Below are positions 33,578 through 41,662 of a stretch of DNA of 60,795 bases, in pieces. The first letter of the stretch is position 1; the number at the start of each line of letters is the position of its first letter. This DNA comes from a virus, in IMG/VR virus record IMGVR_UViG_3300012078_000002, positions 1 through 60,795 of that record, one strand, 5' to 3'. The position numbers and the translations under genes are program-made. The notes under the pieces are model-generated. The model had not been told where the DNA came from and made no database searches. It saw only the letters and a program-made list of their open reading frames with translations.

Positions 33578-34231
33578 TTAAATTAAATAAACCCCGTTTT
33601 CGGCGGCTTCTGTTTTAATCCTTATCGCATCCTGTGTGCTTCCTGCTTTTCTTGCGGCAGTAAGTTGGCTTACATAATCCGGCTTTTCACCGGCTCCTGC
33701 TGGCGGCGTAGCCACTCCCGCTCCGGTAGTGGTAGTTGTCCCGAATACGTCGGCATAGCTTTCCTTGACCGATTTTGTCAGATCGTCATAATTGGACACA
33801 ACGCCATCTTTGTACTCGGCTTTTGTTACATCAACCTCTTTCAGCAGCAGCTTGACAAGTTTCTGATTTGCGCCGTCTTTGAGTAATCGCGTTTCGATAT
33901 CTGCCGTGATTGCCGACGTGGTTTTTTCCGATTCGACGTTGGTTTTGTAATCGCTGTATTCTTTTTCCTTGGCCGCGATATCAGCATCGTACTTGGTTTG
34001 CAAATCCTCAAATTTCTGCTTGTATGTATCCGCGTCGGCAGATTTTCCTTGCAGATCTTTGTTTTCGGCTTCCAGTTCGATGATTCTGTCCGTTTTTTTG
34101 CTATACTGCTCTTTTGGCACGAACTCCTTGCCCTGCTCGGCCTTAATTTCTTTTTCGATTGCCTTCAAGGTCTTGTCCATAATCTCTACCCCTTCCGGCA
34201 AGTTGTCTTTGATGATTGCTAAAATATCCAT
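33578..34231 (-). CDS. scaffolding protein (GP20-like)
   Basis: Helical, acidic, K/E-rich. Lies upstream of the capsid gene. AGGAGGAG upstream. Confidence 0.75.
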   Translation of the reverse strand: MDILAIIKDNLPEGVEIMDKTLKAIEKEIKAEQGKEFVPKEQYSKKTDRIIELEAENKDLQGKSADADTYKQKFEDLQTKYDADIAAKEKEYSDYKTNVESEKTTSAITADIETRLLKDGANQKLVKLLLKEVDVTKAEYKDGVVSNYDDLTKSVKESYADVFGTTTTTGAGVATPPAGAGEKPDYVSQLTAARKAGSTQDAIRIKTEAAENGVYLI

Positions 34232-34241
34232 GTGCGTACTC

Positions 34242-34404
34242 CTCCTGGCTTTTATAGCGGTTCCACGCTAGAGTATTTGGTCTCTTAGTTGCTGTTTTGC
34301 AATTCTCGCTCCTGGCTTTTATAGCGGTTCCACGCTAGAGTATTTGGTCTCTTAGTTGCTGTTTTGCAATTCTCGCTCCTGGCTTTTATAGCGGTTCCAC
34401 GCTA
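34242..34404. repeat. 67-bp direct tandem repeat, 2.4 copies
   Basis: CTCCTGGCTTTTATAGCGGTTCCACGCTAGAGTATTTGGTCTCTTAGTTGCTGTTTTGCAATTCTCG at 34242..34308 and 34309..34375 (identical). A partial third copy occupies 34376..34404. Confidence 0.95.
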
Positions 34405-34420
34405 AACGAGTTTTTGCAAT

Positions 34421-34458
34421 AAAAAAAGCCACCCACCTCCGATTAGGAAATGAATGGC
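34421..34458 (-). terminator. intrinsic terminator
   Basis: The minus strand reads GCCATTCATTTCC-taatc-GGAGGTGGGTGGC (13 bp, four G-U pairs) followed by TTTTTTT. Confidence 0.65.
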
Positions 34459-34473
34459 TCTATGGCTCTAATA

Positions 34474-34893
34474 TTATTTAAAATAATCTACCAATTTAAC
34501 TAAAATTTCATCGTATACATACCAATCGTCGGCGCATGCTTTTTTGCCGTATCTTTGGTCGCAATCGCCTAATTGCTTAGCGTCAAGAAATCTTGCACCT
34601 TTTGGTCTTTTTTCAAACGGGAGTGGACAACCATTTTCTGTAAGCAGGGAACATCTGCCGCCCCATGATGGGTCTACCGCGTCAGCATCAACGTTCCTGA
34701 TTCTTAAAAAATATCTGTTAGGATTGTCCTCCCACCAATCAATAGAGATATGTCCCTTTTCTATTTCGGATTTCAAATATTCATAATTGATTTCTTTAAA
34801 ATCGTCAGGCGAATAGTGACATCCCATTGATTTACAACAGCTCCCACACGTTTTACATCTTTCAATCGGTTGCGTCCCATTTATTTGGCTCAT
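34474..34893 (-). CDS. YkgJ-family CxxCxxCC cysteine-cluster protein
   Basis: CKTCGSCCKSMGCHYSP motif. Start moved to MSQINGT behind AGGAGAG. Confidence 0.7.
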   Translation of the reverse strand: MSQINGTQPIERCKTCGSCCKSMGCHYSPDDFKEINYEYLKSEIEKGHISIDWWEDNPNRYFLRIRNVDADAVDPSWGGRCSLLTENGCPLPFEKRPKGARFLDAKQLGDCDQRYGKKACADDWYVYDEILVKLVDYFK

Positions 34894-34921
34894 CTTTTTG
34901 GCTCTCCTTTTTGGCTCATTT

Positions 34922-35137
34922 TTATTTAAGGACAAATGCATTACCGCCAATATTTATAATATCAGACGCCATGTATCCGCAATGAGGACAGCGGAATTTA
35001 TCAAACTCCAAATACCGTGTATCCTTACCTTCTTGCTCTGCCAACCAAGATTCATTTTGAATTTGCTTGCCGTGTTGGAGTATCAAAATTGCATCTATTT
35101 CGCATCGACATTGATGGCATCTATAAGTTTTATTCAT
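34922..35137 (-). CDS. zinc-ribbon protein (71 aa)
   Basis: CHQCRC...CPHCGY. Confidence 0.6.
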   Translation of the reverse strand: MNKTYRCHQCRCEIDAILILQHGKQIQNESWLAEQEGKDTRYLEFDKFRCPHCGYMASDIINIGGNAFVLK

Positions 35138-35282
35138 CTTTTCGGCTCTCCTTTTGGCTCACTATAATTTCTTTTTCACCCCGACACGATTTGCACCAGC
35201 AGAAAACACCTTCACTCTCGGCATCGTCGCTGTATGTCGCTATTCGCTTTCCGCAGTCGGGGCATAGATAATCATGTTTCAC
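35130..35282 (-). CDS. zinc-ribbon protein (50 aa, GTG start)
   Basis: Hand-translated: (V)KHDYLCPDCGKRIATYSDDAESEGVFCWCKSCRGEKEIIVSQKESRKDE. Confidence 0.4.
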   Translation of the reverse strand: MKHDYLCPDCGKRIATYSDDAESEGVFCWCKSCRGEKEIIVSQKESRKDE

Positions 35283-35619
35283 TTGTCACCGCCTTTGCGC
35301 CTTCGCATTTGCATAGATTAAACAATGCATTACCATTATCCTGTAATACCTGATATACGCCCTTTGCTATAGTATCAACAATGGCTTCATCGCTAGCTTT
35401 TTCGAGACCAATATTTGAATGTTCTACTATTCCGTGTATGATCTCATGCCATAATGTGAGACATTTCTTCTGATGATCTTGGTTGCCTGAGTTAAGCTCA
35501 ATAGTTGATTGCTCATAATTAATATATCCATAGCACACTGCGGTGCCATTATTCAGACCGGATTTTTCTATAACGGCATAATCAACGCCGCCGATTCTGA
35601 TAGATTCTGGTATTTTCAT
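35272..35619 (-). CDS. HExxH-motif protein (putative metallopeptidase-like)
   Basis: LTLWHEIIHGIVEH. AAAGGAGGA upstream. Confidence 0.55.
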   Translation of the reverse strand: MKIPESIRIGGVDYAVIEKSGLNNGTAVCYGYINYEQSTIELNSGNQDHQKKCLTLWHEIIHGIVEHSNIGLEKASDEAIVDTIAKGVYQVLQDNGNALFNLCKCEGAKAVTSET

Positions 35620-35656
35620 TTATCCTCCTTTATAAAACACCCATTTGGGCGCGGGG

Positions 35657-35839
35657 TTATTCCGTTGGTTTAAATACTTCAAATTTACACCTATCATCTG
35701 GCGCTAAATATTCTGTTTCCCAACCGCCTGAAAGCTTTTCAAATTTTCGCTTTCCGCATTGTCCCTCAACAGTATTTCGGATAGGACACAATAAACATTC
35801 TTTTGGCTTTCTGTCTGCAATAACCCTATATATTTCCAT
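35657..35839 (-). CDS. small Cys-containing protein (60 aa)
   Basis: MEIYRVIADRKPKECLLCPIRNTVEGQCGKRKFE... Start moved to the internal ATG. Confidence 0.45.
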   Translation of the reverse strand: MEIYRVIADRKPKECLLCPIRNTVEGQCGKRKFEKLSGGWETEYLAPDDRCKFEVFKPTE

Positions 35840-35883
35840 TGCTCGCCATCCCTTCAAACACAAATATCGGCCGGAGAACAAAT

Positions 35884-36045
35884 TTAATCTTTTATAAATT
35901 CTTCCGTATGAAACGCCATTTCTCCGCTTAACAACTCCGCACTATCTGGCGTTATGATGATTGACGCATGTGGATGATAGTTGTCGTTTAGGAACTTAAT
36001 TAACGGCTTTGCCAATGTCTCAAATTCTTTCTGTTTTTCATTCAT
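35884..36045 (-). CDS. hypothetical protein (53 aa)
   Basis: Hand-translated: MNEKQKEFETLAKPLIKFLNDNYHPHASIIITPDSAELLSGEMAFHTEEFIKD. GGAGGATTG upstream. Confidence 0.5.
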   Translation of the reverse strand: MNEKQKEFETLAKPLIKFLNDNYHPHASIIITPDSAELLSGEMAFHTEEFIKD

Positions 36046-36188
36046 AATTCAATCCTCCTTATTCAAATTACGCATAATTCCACGCCGCGATATTAAAATT
36101 AATACATTAACCGCGATAAGTGCCAATCAGTATTAATCCGATTGTTGCAAGTATGCAGAAGCCCATAACATAAAACGATATATGCATG

Positions 36189-36659
36189 TTAATTCGCCCC
36201 CTTGCTCTGTAAATAAGCTTTAAATGATTTGTTCCAGCGGGCCGGAATCTGTTTTTGCACCTGGTCAATTCCGATCGTCATCATAAATCGGCCATCTTTC
36301 CATCTTCCGTTGCGAAGTCTATAGCCGAATTCAACAAAGGAGGCATAGTCCATCAGATTAAATATAGTTATTACGAATGAATCTCCGACCACTTCCACGC
36401 TCTCAATTGTGGCGGCCTGCTCAAATGCGGACGGGGCTTGTTCTTTTGTTCTACCGACTTGGAGCGCTTGGTTTCCAACTCCCCATGAGTTGCGCAGTGC
36501 GCCGGTATCCTCTATCGTATTATCTTTTATCTTGGCAACAGCCCGCAAGGCCATTTCCAGAAGAAACTTTCTCAAGAAATCGTCGAAATCATTATAGGCA
36601 TCCGTCCAATTCTCTAAAAACTTTTCTAACTCTCTGAAATCAGCTTCTTTCGCCACCAA
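36189..36659 (-). CDS. HK97 gp10-family protein
   Basis: DTGALRNSW and MDYASFVEFGYR motifs. Confidence 0.65.
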   Translation of the reverse strand: MVAKEADFRELEKFLENWTDAYNDFDDFLRKFLLEMALRAVAKIKDNTIEDTGALRNSWGVGNQALQVGRTKEQAPSAFEQAATIESVEVVGDSFVITIFNLMDYASFVEFGYRLRNGRWKDGRFMMTIGIDQVQKQIPARWNKSFKAYLQSKGAN

Positions 36660-38066
36660 TTATCCCTGCGCTTTCTTCTTTTCAAGCTCTTCTTTCCACC
36701 AACTACCGGTTAATTGCTTTCTATTGTCTTTGATAATTTCCCACTTCTTTGAATCCAGATATTTCATTTCCTGGAACCCAGCAATGGTCGTTGGCATTCC
36801 CTCAAACAGGCCCGATACGAGATCGCTGCCGTGCTCTTTTTTGGCAGCTGCGATAAATCGTTTATAACTCGCCAGCTGCTCCTTGTCGTTCTCGTAATAC
36901 TTTTCACGTTTTTGGGTAGATAAAAATTCCTTCCCCTGATCTTCCGTCAAACTCGCACGCCATTCCTTGTATGGCATGTCAGCAGGAACGTAGTAGTTTT
37001 TGCCGGTAACGGGATTGCGGGCAATTCGTGTTGCCACATCATCAAACATGGCATCGATCTCGTCCGGCGGGAAATAGGCCGTTGTGGTGCTTCTGCATGG
37101 GTGTGGTGGGGATGAAATCGGCGGGTAATTTATTCCCTCCATTTTTTCGGATAGCTTGAATATCTTCAAATCTAATTCTTGGCATGAATCCGTTGTGCGG
37201 TGGTCAAGTGTAGCCAAAAATTGATATTGATCCACTACGCCGCTTTCAACATAAGTATCCCATGTGGCGCTATTTGCTATATGGTTAAATTCCGTTCTGG
37301 CCAGACTGATGCTGCGCCACAGCATGCCACCGTGGCCTTTTGCCGCACCCTGTCCAAACATCCGATCATGTATAACCGCGCCGATAATATTAGGATTATG
37401 TCCGAGTGCTACGCCTTGCGGAATCTCTCGTTGGAGTATTAACGTGAGCTTATCCTTATTGGTCCAAATGCGGTCTGAATAATTTTCGCCGTCCCATTTT
37501 TCAGATACGGCTTTTTCAATAATTTTTGTATTTAATGAAGAAAACGGGGAGCCGAACCCCACCCCCTGTTGGAGATTGAACGTTGCCCTGTAATAACTTT
37601 CCTCGTACGCACTGCTCAACCCTTCTTTAAACGTATCCTGCTCTCGTGCATACAATTTCTCAATCTGGAATTGGCAATCTGCTTGCAGGGCTTCCAGGCG
37701 GCTCACGGCTGATTTTAAAGACTTTCGCCGACTTAATTTTTGGCGATAAGCTGGATCAAATGCATAGCCAGTCTTTTTAATCTCCTCGTAATAAGCCTCG
37801 GTTTGTTCTTTATAAGATCTTAATTCAGCCTTGCTTAAGTTTTTTTTTGCATCCGCAAGGGATACTTTGGCGTCTCTTGCATAGCGGCCATAGAACACCT
37901 CTATTTCGCGCTGTATGGCCTTTTGAGTTTCCCTGTATAGCCCAGCAAGATCGTCGTTCATTTCCTCGGCGGTTTTTTCGCTAGATAGTATTAATCTTTC
38001 GGCCCTATTCTGCCAGTACTTTTCTTGTTGCTCCCTGTTCTTTCTCAAAACACCAATCAGCTTCAC
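36660..38066 (-). CDS. minor head protein (SPP1 gp7 / Mu F-like)
   Basis: SLARTEFNHIANSATWDTY...ATLDHRTTDSCQELDLKIF...HPCRSTT. Confidence 0.8.
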   Translation of the reverse strand: MKLIGVLRKNREQQEKYWQNRAERLILSSEKTAEEMNDDLAGLYRETQKAIQREIEVFYGRYARDAKVSLADAKKNLSKAELRSYKEQTEAYYEEIKKTGYAFDPAYRQKLSRRKSLKSAVSRLEALQADCQFQIEKLYAREQDTFKEGLSSAYEESYYRATFNLQQGVGFGSPFSSLNTKIIEKAVSEKWDGENYSDRIWTNKDKLTLILQREIPQGVALGHNPNIIGAVIHDRMFGQGAAKGHGGMLWRSISLARTEFNHIANSATWDTYVESGVVDQYQFLATLDHRTTDSCQELDLKIFKLSEKMEGINYPPISSPPHPCRSTTTAYFPPDEIDAMFDDVATRIARNPVTGKNYYVPADMPYKEWRASLTEDQGKEFLSTQKREKYYENDKEQLASYKRFIAAAKKEHGSDLVSGLFEGMPTTIAGFQEMKYLDSKKWEIIKDNRKQLTGSWWKEELEKKKAQG

Positions 38067-38127
38067 CGCCTTTCGGGATAAGGAAATAGCGCCTGTCTTT
38101 GAACAAGCGCTATTATTTCATTATAGA

Positions 38128-38349
38128 TCAACGATTAACCGCGCAACGTCTTTTACATTCGTCTTTTGCGCTAAATACCGCATTTCCGATGTCTCTTTCG
38201 GTAAAATAAGCCAGCATGGGGCTGTTGGTATAATAGATGATTTCGTTTTCGCGTATACTTATCAGTCGTATTTTGGCCTTTACTGGCACCCTGTATGTGG
38301 GCATATACACATAGTCTCCAATATTGAAACACACTTCAATGTTCTTCAT
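38128..38349 (-). CDS. hypothetical protein (73 aa)
   Basis: ORF track. AAAGGTGG upstream. Confidence 0.55.
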   Translation of the reverse strand: MKNIEVCFNIGDYVYMPTYRVPVKAKIRLISIRENEIIYYTNSPMLAYFTERDIGNAVFSAKDECKRRCAVNR

Positions 38350-38406
38350 AACATTACCACCTTTCGGGACATAGGAAAGCGCCTTATTTAAAACAGTTTT
38401 GATATT

Positions 38407-38673
38407 TTATTTTAATTCATAACCAATTACATTTGTTATTTTTTTGGGGATCATTTCTTTTTCGGTATATCCGTGACCATCACAAATATCACAATCTCTA
38501 TTTTCGTATTCATCTTCCGAATAACCATACGAACCATATCTCACAATAACCTTTTTCAACCCTTTTCCGCCGCATTTGGGGCAAATATATTTTCTGTTTA
38601 ATATGGCTATTACTTCATCCAGTGTTATGTTTCCGTATTGTTTTTGCAGTGCGATAATTTGATGTGTTTTCAT
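38407..38673 (-). CDS. DnaJ-type zinc-finger-like small protein
   Basis: CPKCGGKG...CDICDGHG (two CxxCxGxG). Confidence 0.6.
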   Translation of the reverse strand: MKTHQIIALQKQYGNITLDEVIAILNRKYICPKCGGKGLKKVIVRYGSYGYSEDEYENRDCDICDGHGYTEKEMIPKKITNVIGYELK

Positions 38674-38694
38674 TTTCCCTCCGAATGATGAGTG

Positions 38695-38871
38695 TTAAAG
38701 TGCTTCATCTGGTTGAGTTGGGCCATCCCGTTCGGTCAATTTTGCGTTTATTGTATAAATACCACGATCACCTTCTGCGATAATTTTTATATTTAATTCT
38801 GAAATATCCTTGATTTTATCAACGGAATTTAAAATATCTTGTATGTCCATTATTACTTTATTGCGCGTCAT
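38695..38871 (-). CDS. hypothetical protein (58 aa)
   Basis: Hand-translated: MTRNKVIMDIQDILNSVDKIKDISELNIKIIAEGDRGIYTINAKLTERDGPTQPDEAL. ATGA overlap with the YopX gene stop. Confidence 0.45.
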   Translation of the reverse strand: MTRNKVIMDIQDILNSVDKIKDISELNIKIIAEGDRGIYTINAKLTERDGPTQPDEAL

Positions 38872-39272
38872 AGACTATTCCCTCCTACCTTTCTTTTTCT
38901 TTTAATCTCCTCAAGTAATTCTGGGTTTTCGTATATGTTTCCGATAATTTCAAGTTCACCCAGCCACGCATAAATTTCTCTGCCGAACCCTTCGGAATCC
39001 CACTCTATGAAAAATCCACAACAAGAAAAAACGACTACCCCTGTGCAGAACTGCCGCCATGAGACAATATCACCCTCATATATTAAGTTTCCGCTTTTGC
39101 TCTTCCGGTCGACACACTGCATGAATTCCAATTCTTCCATCAAAAACGGGTAAAATACACCTTTGCGCGTTACAACTTCGTTGCCGACAAGACTAGTCAT
39201 GTTTTTTAATGCTTCGAAGCTGATCATCTTCTCGGCCTCTTTATCCCATGCTCTAAATTTAAATCTGTCCAT
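38868..39272 (-). CDS. YopX-family protein
   Basis: FKFRAWDK...LIYEGDIV...IIGNIYENPELLE. Confidence 0.75.
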   Translation of the reverse strand: MDRFKFRAWDKEAEKMISFEALKNMTSLVGNEVVTRKGVFYPFLMEELEFMQCVDRKSKSGNLIYEGDIVSWRQFCTGVVVFSCCGFFIEWDSEGFGREIYAWLGELEIIGNIYENPELLEEIKRKRKVGGNSL

Positions 39273-39305
39273 TCTCTCTGCCTTTCATGGTACGTAAAAA
39301 CCGCC

Positions 39306-39539
39306 CTATTTGGACGGTTTAAATGATTCAATAATAGTCTGTAGTATCGTTTTATTTTGTTCGGCCTTGGACGATCCGCCATAAGCCTTAGCAATTCCTT
39401 GTGTGTATTTCATTTCTCTATATAGGGGGTTTTCCCATAATTCCAATTCCTGTTCTTGCCTTTTAAAGTATTCTTTCGCCCGTTTATGTCTCTCATAATG
39501 CTCTTGTGCTGTTTCATTCGGCTTTCTTGGCTCTAACAT
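39306..39539 (-). CDS. hypothetical protein (77 aa)
   Basis: ORF track. AAGGATGGTGA upstream. Confidence 0.55.
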   Translation of the reverse strand: MLEPRKPNETAQEHYERHKRAKEYFKRQEQELELWENPLYREMKYTQGIAKAYGGSSKAEQNKTILQTIIESFKPSK

Positions 39540-39640
39540 AATATTTCACCATCCTTGTATATAGAGTATATCATTTACAAGACTCATGCACAAGCATTTC
39601 TCCCCACCTTTTCAAGCATAATCCCGCCGGAGGACGAATG

Positions 39641-39835
39641 CTATTTAATATACAATATCAACTCCCGCAAAAGCGCCTGTTTTTCTTCGGAACGCGATTT
39701 GTTGTCGCCTGACAGGTAATTTTTGTTGTGATATTCCAACATCTCGATTGCCAAAACCTGTTCGGCATATGCCCTTGCCTTTTCAAGCTTTTGGTTGTGT
39801 TGTTCCAATTCCTTGCTTATATCAATTTGTAACAT
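39641..39835 (-). CDS. hypothetical coiled-coil protein (64 aa)
   Basis: Start moved to MLQIDISKEL behind AGGAGGGA. Confidence 0.5.
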   Translation of the reverse strand: MLQIDISKELEQHNQKLEKARAYAEQVLAIEMLEYHNKNYLSGDNKSRSEEKQALLRELILYIK

Positions 39836-39896
39836 AGTAATTCCCTCCTGTTTTCTTTTTTTCCCATACTCAATATACTTAGCATAAGAGCCGCAA

Positions 39897-40103
39897 TCAC
39901 GTTTCACTCTCCCCGCCCTCCCGTTCTAAAGGTTCAAACCCTATCGAGCCGCATATTTTACATGGCGCGGGATTTTCTATCGCGTGTTCATGTTTAACAA
40001 TATCGCCGCACAAGCTACACTTCCATTTCTTTGCCATCCATGGAGGCTGGTTTATTGCGTCCGGGAATTTCCCCATAAATCTGATTAGGTCATGCTCATT
40101 CAT
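39897..40103 (-). CDS. zinc-ribbon protein (68 aa)
   Basis: CSLCGD...CKICGS. Start moved to MNEHD (ATGAATGA overlap with the portal stop) behind AGGAGGG. Confidence 0.5.
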   Translation of the reverse strand: MNEHDLIRFMGKFPDAINQPPWMAKKWKCSLCGDIVKHEHAIENPAPCKICGSIGFEPLEREGGESET

Positions 40104-41550
40104 CGGTATTGCCCTCCTGCGCCAATCGCTCATTTTCTTCCCGCAGCCTTGCAAGTTCCCGCTCTGCACTCATGTCGGACAGGGCGGCTGCTTCCTCTTC
40201 TTTTAGCCGCTCCAGTATAGTTTCTACTTCGTCAATGTCGATATTGTCCAGTTTTTCCAGTGCCGTTTGCTTATCAATCAACTGCCGGTCATATATAGCC
40301 AACACGTTATTAATATTCTCTGTCTGGTTGGATACCGCCTGTCGCCGGAACTTGATGTTTTCCGTTTCGACACCAGCGATTTGCAGCAGCTTTCTGACCG
40401 CTTGGAATGCCTGATATTCGAATCGGTTACATTTTGTATTCAGATTGAATTTTGCTGTATCAATAGCAACGTTGGTCAGTGATCCGCCAGATATTTCCGA
40501 AAAGTTCATAGCCATGTAATCAGCATACAGAGAATCTTCCAGTATTTTCAAGGCTATCTGTCTGGCGGCATACGGAACCTCGATTGTGTGCGGCATTATC
40601 GAGGAATTTCCGCTTCCATCAGATTGTGAGTATGTAGCTCCTAATTCATTGATTTCGGCAATCATTTCTTTAATTTCGTCTGTCGTGCCGCCATAATTAT
40701 TGATTACCCATAAGATATCATTCGTGCGTTCCAGATTATCCCCGAAATCAGAAAATATTTTATCGTACATATCGATCTTGGTTTTGATTGGCTTAGTGAA
40801 CTCGCTGCGGTGGTGCCGGTTTGCGTAAAATGGCACGATCGGAAGTACGCCGTAATCTCCAACCTCTTTCACCTCTGCCGGAAGTATCCCGCCCGGATAA
40901 TTTGTGGTTTTGCGCTTGTAGGATCGCTTTGGCCGTGTCATTTTAAGCTGGTTATTATCGCTCGTGTCAAATTCCGTTATCCCACTGATCTCAAATAATT
41001 CAACATACATCGGCCGCATATCATCTATTTGCCAGAATCTTATGCCAACTGTAGGTTCTGACGTGCGCTCGTCAAATAGCATCAAAAACCCTTTGCCGCC
41101 TTTATCCCCTGCGGCCTCAAATTTTTCCACATGGTCGAGATCGAAAAATAGATAGCTCACGCTGTTCATTAGTGCCATTTCCCCCGCTTCTTCGAATGAA
41201 TTATCGAAACCAAAACCCAGTTTTTCTTTGATCCCGTCGTCAAGCTGTACGCCATTCGCCAGTAGAAATTGATTCAACTGAACAGTAAATCGGAAGAAGA
41301 AATTTGATATTGCAATATTCTGGCTGAATGTTATTTCCTTCCCTGATTTGGTCATTTTCCATTTGGGGCGGTTGGCGATAGCAGTGTTGTCGCCATGGAA
41401 ATATGCCTCGGCTTCCAGCATGTGCTTGAACTCTGCTGAGGCCTTGTATTCTGCTATTGCTATGGAAATAAATGCCGCCACGTCGTCTGCGGCGTAGAAA
41501 TCCTGTGCTGTTTTGATAATATCACCGCCCTCTCTTGGTATAAAAAGCAT
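40096..41550 (-). CDS. portal protein (SPP1 gp6-like)
   Basis: 484 aa, directly after TerL, with an acidic C-terminus. The family call is from overall pattern and position. No obvious SD at this ATG. Confidence 0.8.
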   Translation of the reverse strand: MLFIPREGGDIIKTAQDFYAADDVAAFISIAIAEYKASAEFKHMLEAEAYFHGDNTAIANRPKWKMTKSGKEITFSQNIAISNFFFRFTVQLNQFLLANGVQLDDGIKEKLGFGFDNSFEEAGEMALMNSVSYLFFDLDHVEKFEAAGDKGGKGFLMLFDERTSEPTVGIRFWQIDDMRPMYVELFEISGITEFDTSDNNQLKMTRPKRSYKRKTTNYPGGILPAEVKEVGDYGVLPIVPFYANRHHRSEFTKPIKTKIDMYDKIFSDFGDNLERTNDILWVINNYGGTTDEIKEMIAEINELGATYSQSDGSGNSSIMPHTIEVPYAARQIALKILEDSLYADYMAMNFSEISGGSLTNVAIDTAKFNLNTKCNRFEYQAFQAVRKLLQIAGVETENIKFRRQAVSNQTENINNVLAIYDRQLIDKQTALEKLDNIDIDEVETILERLKEEEAAALSDMSAERELARLREENERLAQEGNTDE

Positions 41551-41662
41551 CCGTCAAAGGACGAATGTTATATTTTGTGTATGTTGCACAATTTTTAACC
41601 TTTTCGTTTTGTCTAAACTCGCGTTTTCTGGCACCCAAATGGCAAATTGCACAATTAATATC

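Noticed and set aside
36060-36190. 26-aa hydrophobic peptide ORF (MHISFYVMGFCILATIGLILIGTYRG) and a 28-aa basic ORF at about 54680..54770.
   Set aside because: Both are too short to support from sequence alone. They are noted only as possibilities.
41551-41662. Direct repeat AATTGTGCAA (two copies) in the TerL-portal gap, and GGACGAATG(C/T)TAT at 39628 and 41557, as possible regulatory motifs.
   Set aside because: These are short, with only two copies each, so chance occurrence cannot be excluded without a genome-wide count.
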